Shown piece by piece: positions 8,414 through 16,743 of a DNA stretch of 64,000 nt (position 1 is the first letter of the stretch; each line of letters begins with the position of its first letter). Under the pieces are notes generated by a model, which saw only the letters and a list, made by a program, of their open reading frames with translations, was not told the origin of the DNA and did not search any database. The position numbers and the translations under genes are program-made. This DNA is from an uncultured Collinsella sp. Lineage in GTDB: Bacteria; Actinomycetota; Coriobacteriia; Coriobacteriales; Coriobacteriaceae. Location: positions 10,688-74,687 of the forward strand of contig CAAEBN010000017.1 of NCBI GenBank assembly GCA_900754075.1, given 5' to 3'.

Positions 8414-9709
8414 TTGAATAGCCAGCTGATCCAACAGGGCCGCGCCGCTTATCGCGCGGGTGATTTTTCCGCTGCCGCCCAGATGCTTGGCGCGGCAAAG
8501 ACTCCCAACGAGATCATGGGTGAGGCCGACCACCTGCGCGGCAACGCCTTGATGCATCTTGGCATGTACGCCGAGGCCGCCGAGGCCTACGCTGCCGCCC
8601 TCAACGACGGCGCCTATGGCAAGCGCGGCGCCCTGCTCACCAACCGCGGCAAGGCACTCGCCGCGGTGGGCGACTACGCCACGGCTGCCCAGGCGTTCTC
8701 TGCAGCTACCCAGGACGCTTCCTACGCCACGCCTTTTAAGGCCTACCTGGGTCTGGGCAACGCGCTGTTCCAGTCGGGCGACTATGCCAACGCCGGTACC
8801 GCCTTCCGTCAGGCTGCCATCGACGGCGCCAACCCGGCTCCTGCCGCCGCCCTCGGCGATCTGGGCCGCTGCTTCATCAAGCTCGGCCGCCCCGCGGACG
8901 CCGTTGAGACCTACCGCACGGCTATCGACTTTGCCGGCCCGCGCGACGATACGCGCGCCCTCAACGCCGGCATGGGCCAAGCGCTTTCCGCCGCCGGCCG
9001 TCCCTCCGATGCGCTCGATGCCTTTAACGCCGCTACCGCCGATGGCATCTACCAGCTCACGCCCGAGCAAGCCGACGAGCTTGCCCGCGTGCACGACTCG
9101 CTCGCCGCGCTTTCGGCCCAGACGGCCATGTCCACGGCTCCGGCTCCCGCGATGGACGCTCCCGCTGTCGACCCGCTCGATCCCACGGGCGCGACCGGTC
9201 AGTTTATGCCCGACCCCTCTGACACCGGCTTCTTTACGCTGTCTGAGTCCGAGATGGTCCAGCAGGACCGTAAACAGGCCAAGGTTCGTCGTCGCCATCG
9301 CCACACGGGTCTTAAGATCTTCCTGGTGCTGCTTCTGCTCATCGTGATCGCTGCCGGCGGTCTTGGCTATGCTTATACGCGCGGCATGGGCTACCCCTCG
9401 CAGGAGTCCGTCATCACCGACCTGTTCCAGGCTGCCGGTGACGGCGATACCGCCAAGGCCGAGTCCTGCCTGGCCTCGAGCCTGTCCGAGGATGCCAAGG
9501 CGATGATCATCTCCTCGATCCCGCAGGGCGCCACCGTTTCCATCGAGGGCATGGATCAATCCATGACCGAGACCACCGCCAAGGTGAAGGCTTCGCTGTC
9601 CAAGGGCGGCGAGCAGGAGTACACCGTTAAATTCGTGCGCTCCGACAACCATATCGGTTGGGCCGTTTCCTCCTTCGACATCGATTTTTCGGCCGCTGAC
9701 AACCAGTAG
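8414..9709 (+). CDS. TPR-repeat protein with TM helix and C-terminal domain of unknown function
   Basis: N-terminal ~200 aa has tetratricopeptide-like Ala/Gly/Tyr periodicity, followed by a basic stretch, TM helix GLKIFLVLLLLIVIAAGGLGYAY and a ~110 aa C-terminal domain. TTG start with AAAGGGGA SD. Confidence 0.6.
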   Translation: MNSQLIQQGRAAYRAGDFSAAAQMLGAAKTPNEIMGEADHLRGNALMHLGMYAEAAEAYAAALNDGAYGKRGALLTNRGKALAAVGDYATAAQAFSAATQDASYATPFKAYLGLGNALFQSGDYANAGTAFRQAAIDGANPAPAAALGDLGRCFIKLGRPADAVETYRTAIDFAGPRDDTRALNAGMGQALSAAGRPSDALDAFNAATADGIYQLTPEQADELARVHDSLAALSAQTAMSTAPAPAMDAPAVDPLDPTGATGQFMPDPSDTGFFTLSESEMVQQDRKQAKVRRRHRHTGLKIFLVLLLLIVIAAGGLGYAYTRGMGYPSQESVITDLFQAAGDGDTAKAESCLASSLSEDAKAMIISSIPQGATVSIEGMDQSMTETTAKVKASLSKGGEQEYTVKFVRSDNHIGWAVSSFDIDFSAADNQ

Positions 9710-9824
9710 TGACCTTATGAGATTTGGCTCTGCCCGGCGCTTCACCGCAAGTGAGGTGCCGGGCTTGCGCTAGTATGATGGGCTAGTAGTTTTCCAGCAA
9801 TCATCCAACACATCAGGAGTTGCG

Positions 9825-10868
9825 TTGTTTTCTTTGATGGATATGTTCTTCGGTAGCTATGCGGGCGATCTCGCCATCGACCTCGGCACCGCCAATACGC
9901 TCGTCTCTGTGCGCGGCAAGGGCATCGTCATCCGCGAGCCCTCCGTTGTCGCCATCGACAAGAACGACGAGCGCATCCTGGCAGTCGGCATCGAGGCCAA
10001 GCGCATGCTCGGCCGTACGCCCGGCAACATCGTGGCCGTTCGTCCCCTTAAGGACGGCGTCATCGCCGACTTCGATGTTACCGAGGCCATGCTTCGCTAC
10101 TTTATCGACAAGGCTTCCGAGAAGCGCTATCCGTGGACTCCGCGTCCGCGCGTCGTCGTCTGCGTTCCCTCCGGCGTCACGTCGGTCGAGAAGCGCGCCG
10201 TCTTTGAGGCCACGATCCAGGCTGGCGCTCGCCAGGCCTATCTGATCGAGGAGCCCATGGCGGCTGCCATCGGCGCCGACCTGCCCGTCGAGGAGCCCAC
10301 GGGCTCCATGGTCATCGATATCGGCGGCGGCACCACCGAGGTCGCCGTTATCGCTATGGGCGGTATTGTCGTGTCGCAGTCCATCCGCATTGCCGGCGAC
10401 GAGTTCGACCAGGCCATCCTCACCCATGTTCGCGATGCCTACAACCTGGCTATCGGCGAGCGCACGGCCGAGGACATTAAGATCAAGGTCGGCTCCGCCG
10501 TGCCGCTCAAGGATGAGCTCGACGTCGAGGTCAACGGACGCGACGTTATCACGGGCCTGCCCAAGACCGTGCGCATCGAGAGCGAGGAGATTCGTCGCGC
10601 GCTTAACAAGCCGCTCGACGAGATGGCCAAGGCCGTTAAGGACGCTCTGGACGCCACGCCGCCCGATCTTGCCTCGGACCTTATGTACTACGGCATTCTG
10701 CTGACCGGCGGCGGTGCGCTGCTGCGCGGCCTCGACGTGCGCCTGCGCGACGAGACCGGCGTTTCGGTCAACGTCAGCCCCACGGCGCTCGATAACGTCG
10801 TAAACGGCTGCGCCCGCGTGCTCGAGGCCAACGCCTTTGACGGTGGTTTCGTCCAAACCAATGCTTAA
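9825..10868 (+). CDS. mreB: rod shape-determining protein MreB
   Basis: Actin-like ATPase motifs DLAIDLGTANTLV, DIGGGTTEVAV, LTGGGALLRGLD. TTG start 5 nt after AGGAG. Confidence 0.95.
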   Translation: MFSLMDMFFGSYAGDLAIDLGTANTLVSVRGKGIVIREPSVVAIDKNDERILAVGIEAKRMLGRTPGNIVAVRPLKDGVIADFDVTEAMLRYFIDKASEKRYPWTPRPRVVVCVPSGVTSVEKRAVFEATIQAGARQAYLIEEPMAAAIGADLPVEEPTGSMVIDIGGGTTEVAVIAMGGIVVSQSIRIAGDEFDQAILTHVRDAYNLAIGERTAEDIKIKVGSAVPLKDELDVEVNGRDVITGLPKTVRIESEEIRRALNKPLDEMAKAVKDALDATPPDLASDLMYYGILLTGGGALLRGLDVRLRDETGVSVNVSPTALDNVVNGCARVLEANAFDGGFVQTNA

Positions 10869-10889
10869 TTTCCAAAAGGTGGATTCCAT

Positions 10890-11888
10890 TTGGCACGATC
10901 TTCGGGTTTCTCTCCAAATCTGAATACCAAGCGACAATCAACGGGTATGCGCCCGTTGATTGTTTTCAGCCTGATTTCGGTGTTGCTGCTCACGTTTTAT
11001 ATCCGTGAGGGCGAGGCCGGGCCGATTCATGCCGTGCGCTCGGGTGTGACGACGATTACCTCGCCGGTGCGCTTTTTGGGGTCGGCCGTGGCGGCTCCCT
11101 TCAACGCGATCGGCAACGTGTTCTCCAACCTCACGGCTTCGCAGGAGTCGCTCGACGACCTTAAGAAGCAAAACGAGGTGCTCACCTCTAAGGTCGCCGA
11201 GCTTTCCGAGGCTCAAAAGACTGCCGAGCGCCTGGAGGGCCTGGTCGGGCTGCAATCGACCTACAACCTTAAGTCGACCGCTGCTCGTATCGTCGGTGCG
11301 TCGGGCGATGCCTGGACCTCGACCGTTACCATCGACAAGGGATCTGCCGACGGCCTGACCATCAACATGCCCGTGACGAGTTCTGCCGGTGTTATCGGCC
11401 AGATTATCGAGGTATCGGCCAAGACCTCTACCGTGCGCCTGATTGGTGACGAGAACTCGGGCGTGTCGGCTATGGTGCAGGACACGCGTGCCCAGGGTAT
11501 GCTGCAGGGCCAGCCCGATGGCACCCTGCGCCTTGAGTACGTGAGCGTCGACTCCGACGTCAAAGTGGGCGACATCATCGTGACCTCTGGCATTGGCGGC
11601 GTGTTCCCCAAGGGCCTGCCGCTCGGCACTGTTTCCTCGGTGGAGAAGTCGGCCAACGATGTGTATTACACCATCGTGGTGCGCGCTCAGACCACGGCCG
11701 AGAACAACGAGGAAGTGCTGGTCATTACCTCGCTGACCGACGAGCAGTCGGCCTCGGACGAGGACGTGAGCACGGCCAACAGCACGCCGCAGGGAACGTC
11801 GCGCGATGCTGCGACCAAGACGAAGGACGAGAGCTCGGATGACAGTTCCGACACGTCCGAGACGACCGATTCCGGCTCGAGCGAATAG
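10890..11888 (+). CDS. mreC: rod shape-determining protein MreC (with acidic Ser/Asp/Glu/Thr-rich C-terminal tail)
   Basis: N-terminal TM helix, coiled-coil region and beta-barrel domains typical of MreC. Follows mreB. Confidence 0.9.
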   Translation: MARSSGFSPNLNTKRQSTGMRPLIVFSLISVLLLTFYIREGEAGPIHAVRSGVTTITSPVRFLGSAVAAPFNAIGNVFSNLTASQESLDDLKKQNEVLTSKVAELSEAQKTAERLEGLVGLQSTYNLKSTAARIVGASGDAWTSTVTIDKGSADGLTINMPVTSSAGVIGQIIEVSAKTSTVRLIGDENSGVSAMVQDTRAQGMLQGQPDGTLRLEYVSVDSDVKVGDIIVTSGIGGVFPKGLPLGTVSSVEKSANDVYYTIVVRAQTTAENNEEVLVITSLTDEQSASDEDVSTANSTPQGTSRDAATKTKDESSDDSSDTSETTDSGSSE

Positions 11889-11894
11889 GGGGGC

Positions 11895-12467
11895 ATGTCC
11901 ATGGATCTACACGAGCAGGGGGCGAGCTCCCGCACGTTTGTAATCGCCGCCATTGTGTGCGTGTTGCTGCAGGCAGGCCTGGCGCCGCAGATCTCCATTG
12001 CGGGCGGTCGCGTCAACTTTATGATTATCCTGGTATGCCTGAGCGTGTTCTCGGGCGATCCCACGCGGGCTGTCGTCTGCGGTTTCTGCAGCGGTCTGTT
12101 CTATGATCTTTCCGCCGCCGTTCCGGTGGGCGTTATGTCGCTGCTGTTGACGGTGGGCAGTTTTGCCCTGGTGCACAGCGCTGCCGGTCAGACGAGCGGC
12201 TCCCCGAGCGCGCGCGGTATCACCGTGGGCGCCTTCGCGCTTGCCATCAACGTGGTCTACAGCATCATCTTGCTGTTTATGGGTCTGGAGACGAGCTTTG
12301 TGGTGGCTGTTTTTGGACACGCCCTGCCGTCTTCGATCCTGACGGGTCTGGTTGCCATTCCGTTTTTGATGTCCGGTGTCGTGCCGCAGTCTGGTTACGG
12401 ATTCTCCGCACGCGGTGGTCATCAGACGGGCATGCGCTTTAAGCCCAAGACCCGCAAACTCAAATAG
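11895..12467 (+). CDS. mreD: rod shape-determining protein MreD
   Basis: 190 aa polytopic membrane protein directly after mreC. Confidence 0.8.
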   Translation: MSMDLHEQGASSRTFVIAAIVCVLLQAGLAPQISIAGGRVNFMIILVCLSVFSGDPTRAVVCGFCSGLFYDLSAAVPVGVMSLLLTVGSFALVHSAAGQTSGSPSARGITVGAFALAINVVYSIILLFMGLETSFVVAVFGHALPSSILTGLVAIPFLMSGVVPQSGYGFSARGGHQTGMRFKPKTRKLK

Positions 12468-12480
12468 GGGAGGCTCATAG

Positions 12481-14550
12481 ATGTCTTCCCAGATGACGGT
12501 TATCATCGCCGGTATCGTGCTGGTCGTGGCCATTGTTGTCGCGCTGGTCATCATGCGCCGCGGCGATTCCCGTTTTACCTACGACACACAGCATGGAACG
12601 GCCCCGCGCGCCACCGAGGGCGAGGGCAATACCGCCGCGACCGCCTTCAAGGGTCGCTTCTCCATCCTCACCGCCGGCGTGGGCGCGATGTTTGCCGCGC
12701 TCGCCGTTAAGCTGTGGGGCATGCAGATGGTCTCGTCGGACTACTACGACAAGCAGGCCAAGAGCAACCAGACCCGTACTGTCACTACGCCGGCTGTGCG
12801 CGGACGAATCCTTGATCGCAATGGCGTGGCACTTGTGCAAAACCGTCCCTCACTTGCCGTCGTCGCCTATCGCGACCTGGCTGATGACACCGTGCTGGTG
12901 CATCACCTCGCGAATGTGCTCGGAATGCCCTACGTCGCGGTTTTGCGCAACATTCAGGACAATTCCGAGGGCGCCCAGAGCCTACATACCATCGCGACGG
13001 ACGTGCGCCGCTCCACGGTTGCCTATATCAAGGAGCATGCCGGCGAGTTTCCGGGCGTGAAGATTGCCGAGCGTACCGAGCGCCAGTACCCGTACGGCGA
13101 GACGGCTTGTCACATTTTGGGCTATACCGGCACCATTACCTCCGAGCAGCTCGAGGCGCAGAACAAGAAGGCTTCGGGCGATAACGATAGCGCCGCCGGT
13201 CAGATTACGTACCAGTCGGGTGATATCGTGGGGCAGGCGGGCGTCGAGAGCTACTACGAAAACTTGCTGCAGGGTATTCGCGGCGAGCAGACGGTGAAGG
13301 TCGATGCCTCGGGCAATGTGACCGGACAGGCCGGCGCTGTGCCCGCCAAGGCCGGCTCCGACATCAAGCTCACGCTTGATCTCAAGATTCAGCAAGCCTG
13401 CGAGACGGCGCTTGCAAGTGCCATTGAGCTCGCTAAGACCACAGGCCACAGCGACGCCGGCAACGGTGCCGTGGTGTGCCTCGACCCCAATAACGGCGAG
13501 ATTCTGGGCATGGCAAGTGAGCCCAAGTTTGATCCGTCCGTGTTTATCGGCGGTGTCTCCAACGATGTGTGGACCGAGCTCAACGATGACGAGGGTTCGC
13601 ACCCGCTGCTCAACCGCGCCATTAGCGGCCAGTACATGTCGGCTTCGACCATTAAGCCGCTCTCGGCCTTGGCGGGCCTTGAGTTTGGAACGTACACGTC
13701 GAGTCAGACGACCAACTGCACGGGATATTGGACCGGCTTGGGCAAATCTTGGGGAAAATACTGCTGGCTGCACTCCGGCCACGGCACGATGACGCTGCAG
13801 TCCGGTATCGCCAACTCCTGCGACCCCGTTTTCTACGATATGGGCAAGGCGTTTTTCTACAACGACCAGCATCCCGAGGGCCTGCAAGAGGTCTTTCGTC
13901 GCTGGGGCCTGGGCAAGACCTGCGGTATCGATCTGCCGAGCGAGGGCGCGGGACGCATTCCCGACGCCGAGTGGAAAGAGTCGTACTTTACCGACGCCTC
14001 GGCCGAGGACCGCAAGTGGAATGCCGGCGATATGACGAACATCGCCATCGGCCAGGGCGACATTCTGGTGACACCGCTGCAGATGGCCTGCGCCTATATG
14101 GGCATTGCCAACGGCGGCAAACAGTATGTGCCGCATGTGTTTTTGTCGGCGGTATCGCGCGATGGCGACGGTGATGCCTACAAGTACAACGGCAAGGGCA
14201 AGAAGAAGCGCCTGGAGGCCAAGATCAACAGCGATTCGGATTTGGCTCTTGTTCGCAACGGCATGCACGATGTGATTTACTCCGCGTCGACTTCGACCGC
14301 CGCGCACTTTAACTCCCTGACCCCTACGGTCTACGGCAAGTCCGGTACGGGCGAGAAGAGCGGCGAGGACGATTACGCGTGGTTTTGCGCCTACGCGCCG
14401 GCCGATGACCCCAAGTACGTGATTGCCACCATCTTGGAGCAGGGCGGTGGCGGCTCCGATACCGCGTTGCACGTCGTGCGCGATGTTCTCGGTGCGATTT
14501 ATGACGAGCCCGACACGTCGACGGCCACGGGCGATTCCTCGGTTCGATAG
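12481..14550 (+). CDS. mrdA: penicillin-binding protein 2 (elongasome transpeptidase)
   Basis: N-terminal TM helix, PBP dimerisation domain and transpeptidase motifs SASTIK, SGHG, KSGTGE. Confidence 0.9.
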   Translation: MSSQMTVIIAGIVLVVAIVVALVIMRRGDSRFTYDTQHGTAPRATEGEGNTAATAFKGRFSILTAGVGAMFAALAVKLWGMQMVSSDYYDKQAKSNQTRTVTTPAVRGRILDRNGVALVQNRPSLAVVAYRDLADDTVLVHHLANVLGMPYVAVLRNIQDNSEGAQSLHTIATDVRRSTVAYIKEHAGEFPGVKIAERTERQYPYGETACHILGYTGTITSEQLEAQNKKASGDNDSAAGQITYQSGDIVGQAGVESYYENLLQGIRGEQTVKVDASGNVTGQAGAVPAKAGSDIKLTLDLKIQQACETALASAIELAKTTGHSDAGNGAVVCLDPNNGEILGMASEPKFDPSVFIGGVSNDVWTELNDDEGSHPLLNRAISGQYMSASTIKPLSALAGLEFGTYTSSQTTNCTGYWTGLGKSWGKYCWLHSGHGTMTLQSGIANSCDPVFYDMGKAFFYNDQHPEGLQEVFRRWGLGKTCGIDLPSEGAGRIPDAEWKESYFTDASAEDRKWNAGDMTNIAIGQGDILVTPLQMACAYMGIANGGKQYVPHVFLSAVSRDGDGDAYKYNGKGKKKRLEAKINSDSDLALVRNGMHDVIYSASTSTAAHFNSLTPTVYGKSGTGEKSGEDDYAWFCAYAPADDPKYVIATILEQGGGGSDTALHVVRDVLGAIYDEPDTSTATGDSSVR

Positions 14551-14559
14551 GAGGTTGCG

Positions 14560-15786
14560 ATGGACTTTTCGCCGGCGGACCTGTTCCGCTCAACAAAAAC
14601 CGGCTCTCGCAGCAGCCTGGACCGCGTCAACAAGCAAATTTCCGCATCGCGCGGAACGTTTCGCCAAAAGGTGCACATCGGTGTGCTGCTGGCTACCGTT
14701 GCGCTCGTTGCCTATGGTGCCATCATCATTTGGTCGGCCTCGCAGTTTAAGGCCGATGCCTCGTTCTCGCGACACCTGCTGGGTATCGGTATTGGCGCGG
14801 TTCTGGCGGTACTCGTCTGGCGCACCGACCTGCGCGGCATTTCCAACTTTTCGACGGCCCTGCTCGTCATCGATCTCATCGTGATCTTCTCGCCTAAGAT
14901 TCCGGGCCTGTCCTATACGGGCGGTCTGGGCATGACGGGCTGGATCAAGATCCCCGGTATCGGTTTGACATTCCAGCCCGTTGAGCTCGCCAAGCTCATC
15001 ACCATCTTCTTTATGGCCACGCTTGGCTCGCAGTACAACGGGCGTATCGATACCGTTCGCAACTACATTAAGCTCTGCGGCATGCTGTCCATTCCGTTTT
15101 TGGCCGTCGTCGCCATGGGCGACCTGGGCTCGGGTCTGGTCGTGCTGGTGTCGGGCGCAATCGTCATCTGCATGAGCGGTGCACGCCGCGAATGGGTGCT
15201 GTCGACCTTGGCCCTGCTGGTTGGTTTGATTGCGCTCATCTTGGCGCTCGACTCGGTCTTTGATTCGCTCCTTGGCCACGACGTGCTGATCAAGCAGTAT
15301 CAGATGAACCGTCTGACAGTCTTCATCGACCCCGACAATGCCAATTCGGATGATGCCTACAACCTGCAGCAGTCGCTCATCGCCGTCGGCTCGGGTGGCT
15401 TCTTTGGTAAGGGCCTGGGCCACGCGACGCAGTCGGCCGGCGGCTTTCTACCCGAGTTCCACACCGACTTCGTCTTCGCCTTCCTGTCCGAGACGTTCGG
15501 CTTCTGCGGCTCCTTTTTGCTTCTGTGCCTCTACGTGATGCTGATTTTCTCGACGATCCGCGTTGCCTTTAAGTGCGAGTCACTGTTTTTGCGCCTATCG
15601 TGCGTGGGTATCGTCGGCATGTGGGCGTTCCAGACCTTCGAGAACATCGGCATGTGCATTGGCATGATGCCGATTACTGGTATTCCGCTGCCGTTTATTA
15701 GTTTTGGTTCGTCGTCGATGATGATTCAGTTGCTGACGGTGGGTATCGTACAATCCATATGGCGGCATCGTTCGGGCGCCGCGTAA
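14560..15786 (+). CDS. rodA: peptidoglycan glycosyltransferase RodA (SEDS family)
   Basis: FtsW/RodA/SpoVE-family 10-TM protein. ATG preceded by AGGAGG; lies immediately downstream of PBP2. Confidence 0.9.
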   Translation: MDFSPADLFRSTKTGSRSSLDRVNKQISASRGTFRQKVHIGVLLATVALVAYGAIIIWSASQFKADASFSRHLLGIGIGAVLAVLVWRTDLRGISNFSTALLVIDLIVIFSPKIPGLSYTGGLGMTGWIKIPGIGLTFQPVELAKLITIFFMATLGSQYNGRIDTVRNYIKLCGMLSIPFLAVVAMGDLGSGLVVLVSGAIVICMSGARREWVLSTLALLVGLIALILALDSVFDSLLGHDVLIKQYQMNRLTVFIDPDNANSDDAYNLQQSLIAVGSGGFFGKGLGHATQSAGGFLPEFHTDFVFAFLSETFGFCGSFLLLCLYVMLIFSTIRVAFKCESLFLRLSCVGIVGMWAFQTFENIGMCIGMMPITGIPLPFISFGSSSMMIQLLTVGIVQSIWRHRSGAA

Positions 15787-15804
15787 CCGCTGGAGGGGTT
15801 TGCC

Positions 15805-16734
15805 ATGAAGATTCCCGTAGATAAGTTGACCAGCGCTTTTAAGATGGGCGCGTCTGTTAAGAAGGATTCCGATACACCGGTGCGCGTCTCGGTTTACCTT
15901 GATTCGACTGCGTCTCGCTTTTTGGTCGAGACGGTGCGCGATGCCTTTGTGCCGCAGACGACTTCGGGCATTGTGCGTGTTGATCGCCTGGGGGAGGACC
16001 GTATCGTTCCCAAGGCCGATACCGACGTGGTGTTGGTCCTCTCGTGCGGATCCGACCGCCTGGAGAGTGCTGTGCAGGAGCTCGTGATTGCCGGCGCGCC
16101 CGTGTGCGTGCTTGCCGAGTCCGCCGTCGAGGTGCCGTTCGTTGAGGAATCTACGCCCATGCTCGGCGTGGTGGCGGCGACCGATAAGACCTATCTGCTC
16201 GAGACGCTTGCCCGCTGGATCCTCGATCGTACGGACAAGGAGACGGCTTTTGCCGCCAACTTTGCCTTTATGCGCATCGCTGCGGCAAATCGCATCATCA
16301 CCTCGTGCGCACTCACCAACATGGCGACGGGCGCCCTGGTGTTTTTGCCGGGTGCCGACTATCCCGTGATGGCGCTGGCGCAGGTGGGCATGCTCTTTGA
16401 GCTGGCGGCCATCTTTGGACGCGGCATAAAGCCTGAGCGCGGCTACGAGGTCGCGGGCGTGCTCGCCGGCGGTCTGGTGATTCGCGCCGTCACCCGTGCA
16501 TTGGTAAAGCAGACGCCGCATATCGGCTTTGCCGTGAAGGCGCTTACCGCCGCCGCGGGTACCTATGGCATGGGCCGCGCGCTCGTGTCGCTCTACGAGC
16601 GCGATGTGGACTACAGCCGTGCCAATGAGGTTGTCAACGCCACGTTCTCGCGCGTTCGCGACCTGGTGACCACGGTCGCCGGTGCCTCCCGTCCCATGAG
16701 TCCTTTTGAGGATGCATCCGATCTCGCTGCTTAG
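15805..16734 (+). CDS. hypothetical protein (conserved-looking, unknown function) in mre-rodA cluster
   Basis: 309 aa, no recognisable catalytic motif. The C-terminal half is Gly/Ala-rich and amphipathic (…GALVFLPGADYPVMALAQVGMLFELAAIFGRGIKP…), reminiscent of DUF697-type domains; the N-terminal half resembles a degenerate P-loop-less GTPase/Rossmann fold. Occupies the slot where minCDE sits in many Gram-positives. Confidence 0.5.
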   Translation: MKIPVDKLTSAFKMGASVKKDSDTPVRVSVYLDSTASRFLVETVRDAFVPQTTSGIVRVDRLGEDRIVPKADTDVVLVLSCGSDRLESAVQELVIAGAPVCVLAESAVEVPFVEESTPMLGVVAATDKTYLLETLARWILDRTDKETAFAANFAFMRIAAANRIITSCALTNMATGALVFLPGADYPVMALAQVGMLFELAAIFGRGIKPERGYEVAGVLAGGLVIRAVTRALVKQTPHIGFAVKALTAAAGTYGMGRALVSLYERDVDYSRANEVVNATFSRVRDLVTTVAGASRPMSPFEDASDLAA

Positions 16735-16743
16735 GGGTTTCTT

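Noticed and set aside
8393-10937. Two long - strand ORFs (450 aa and 374 aa)
   Set aside because: Antisense to the TPR protein gene and mreB respectively. No motifs and GC-skewed composition.
12982-14472. 496-aa ORF on the - strand
   Set aside because: Antisense to PBP2 (mrdA). Shadow ORF.
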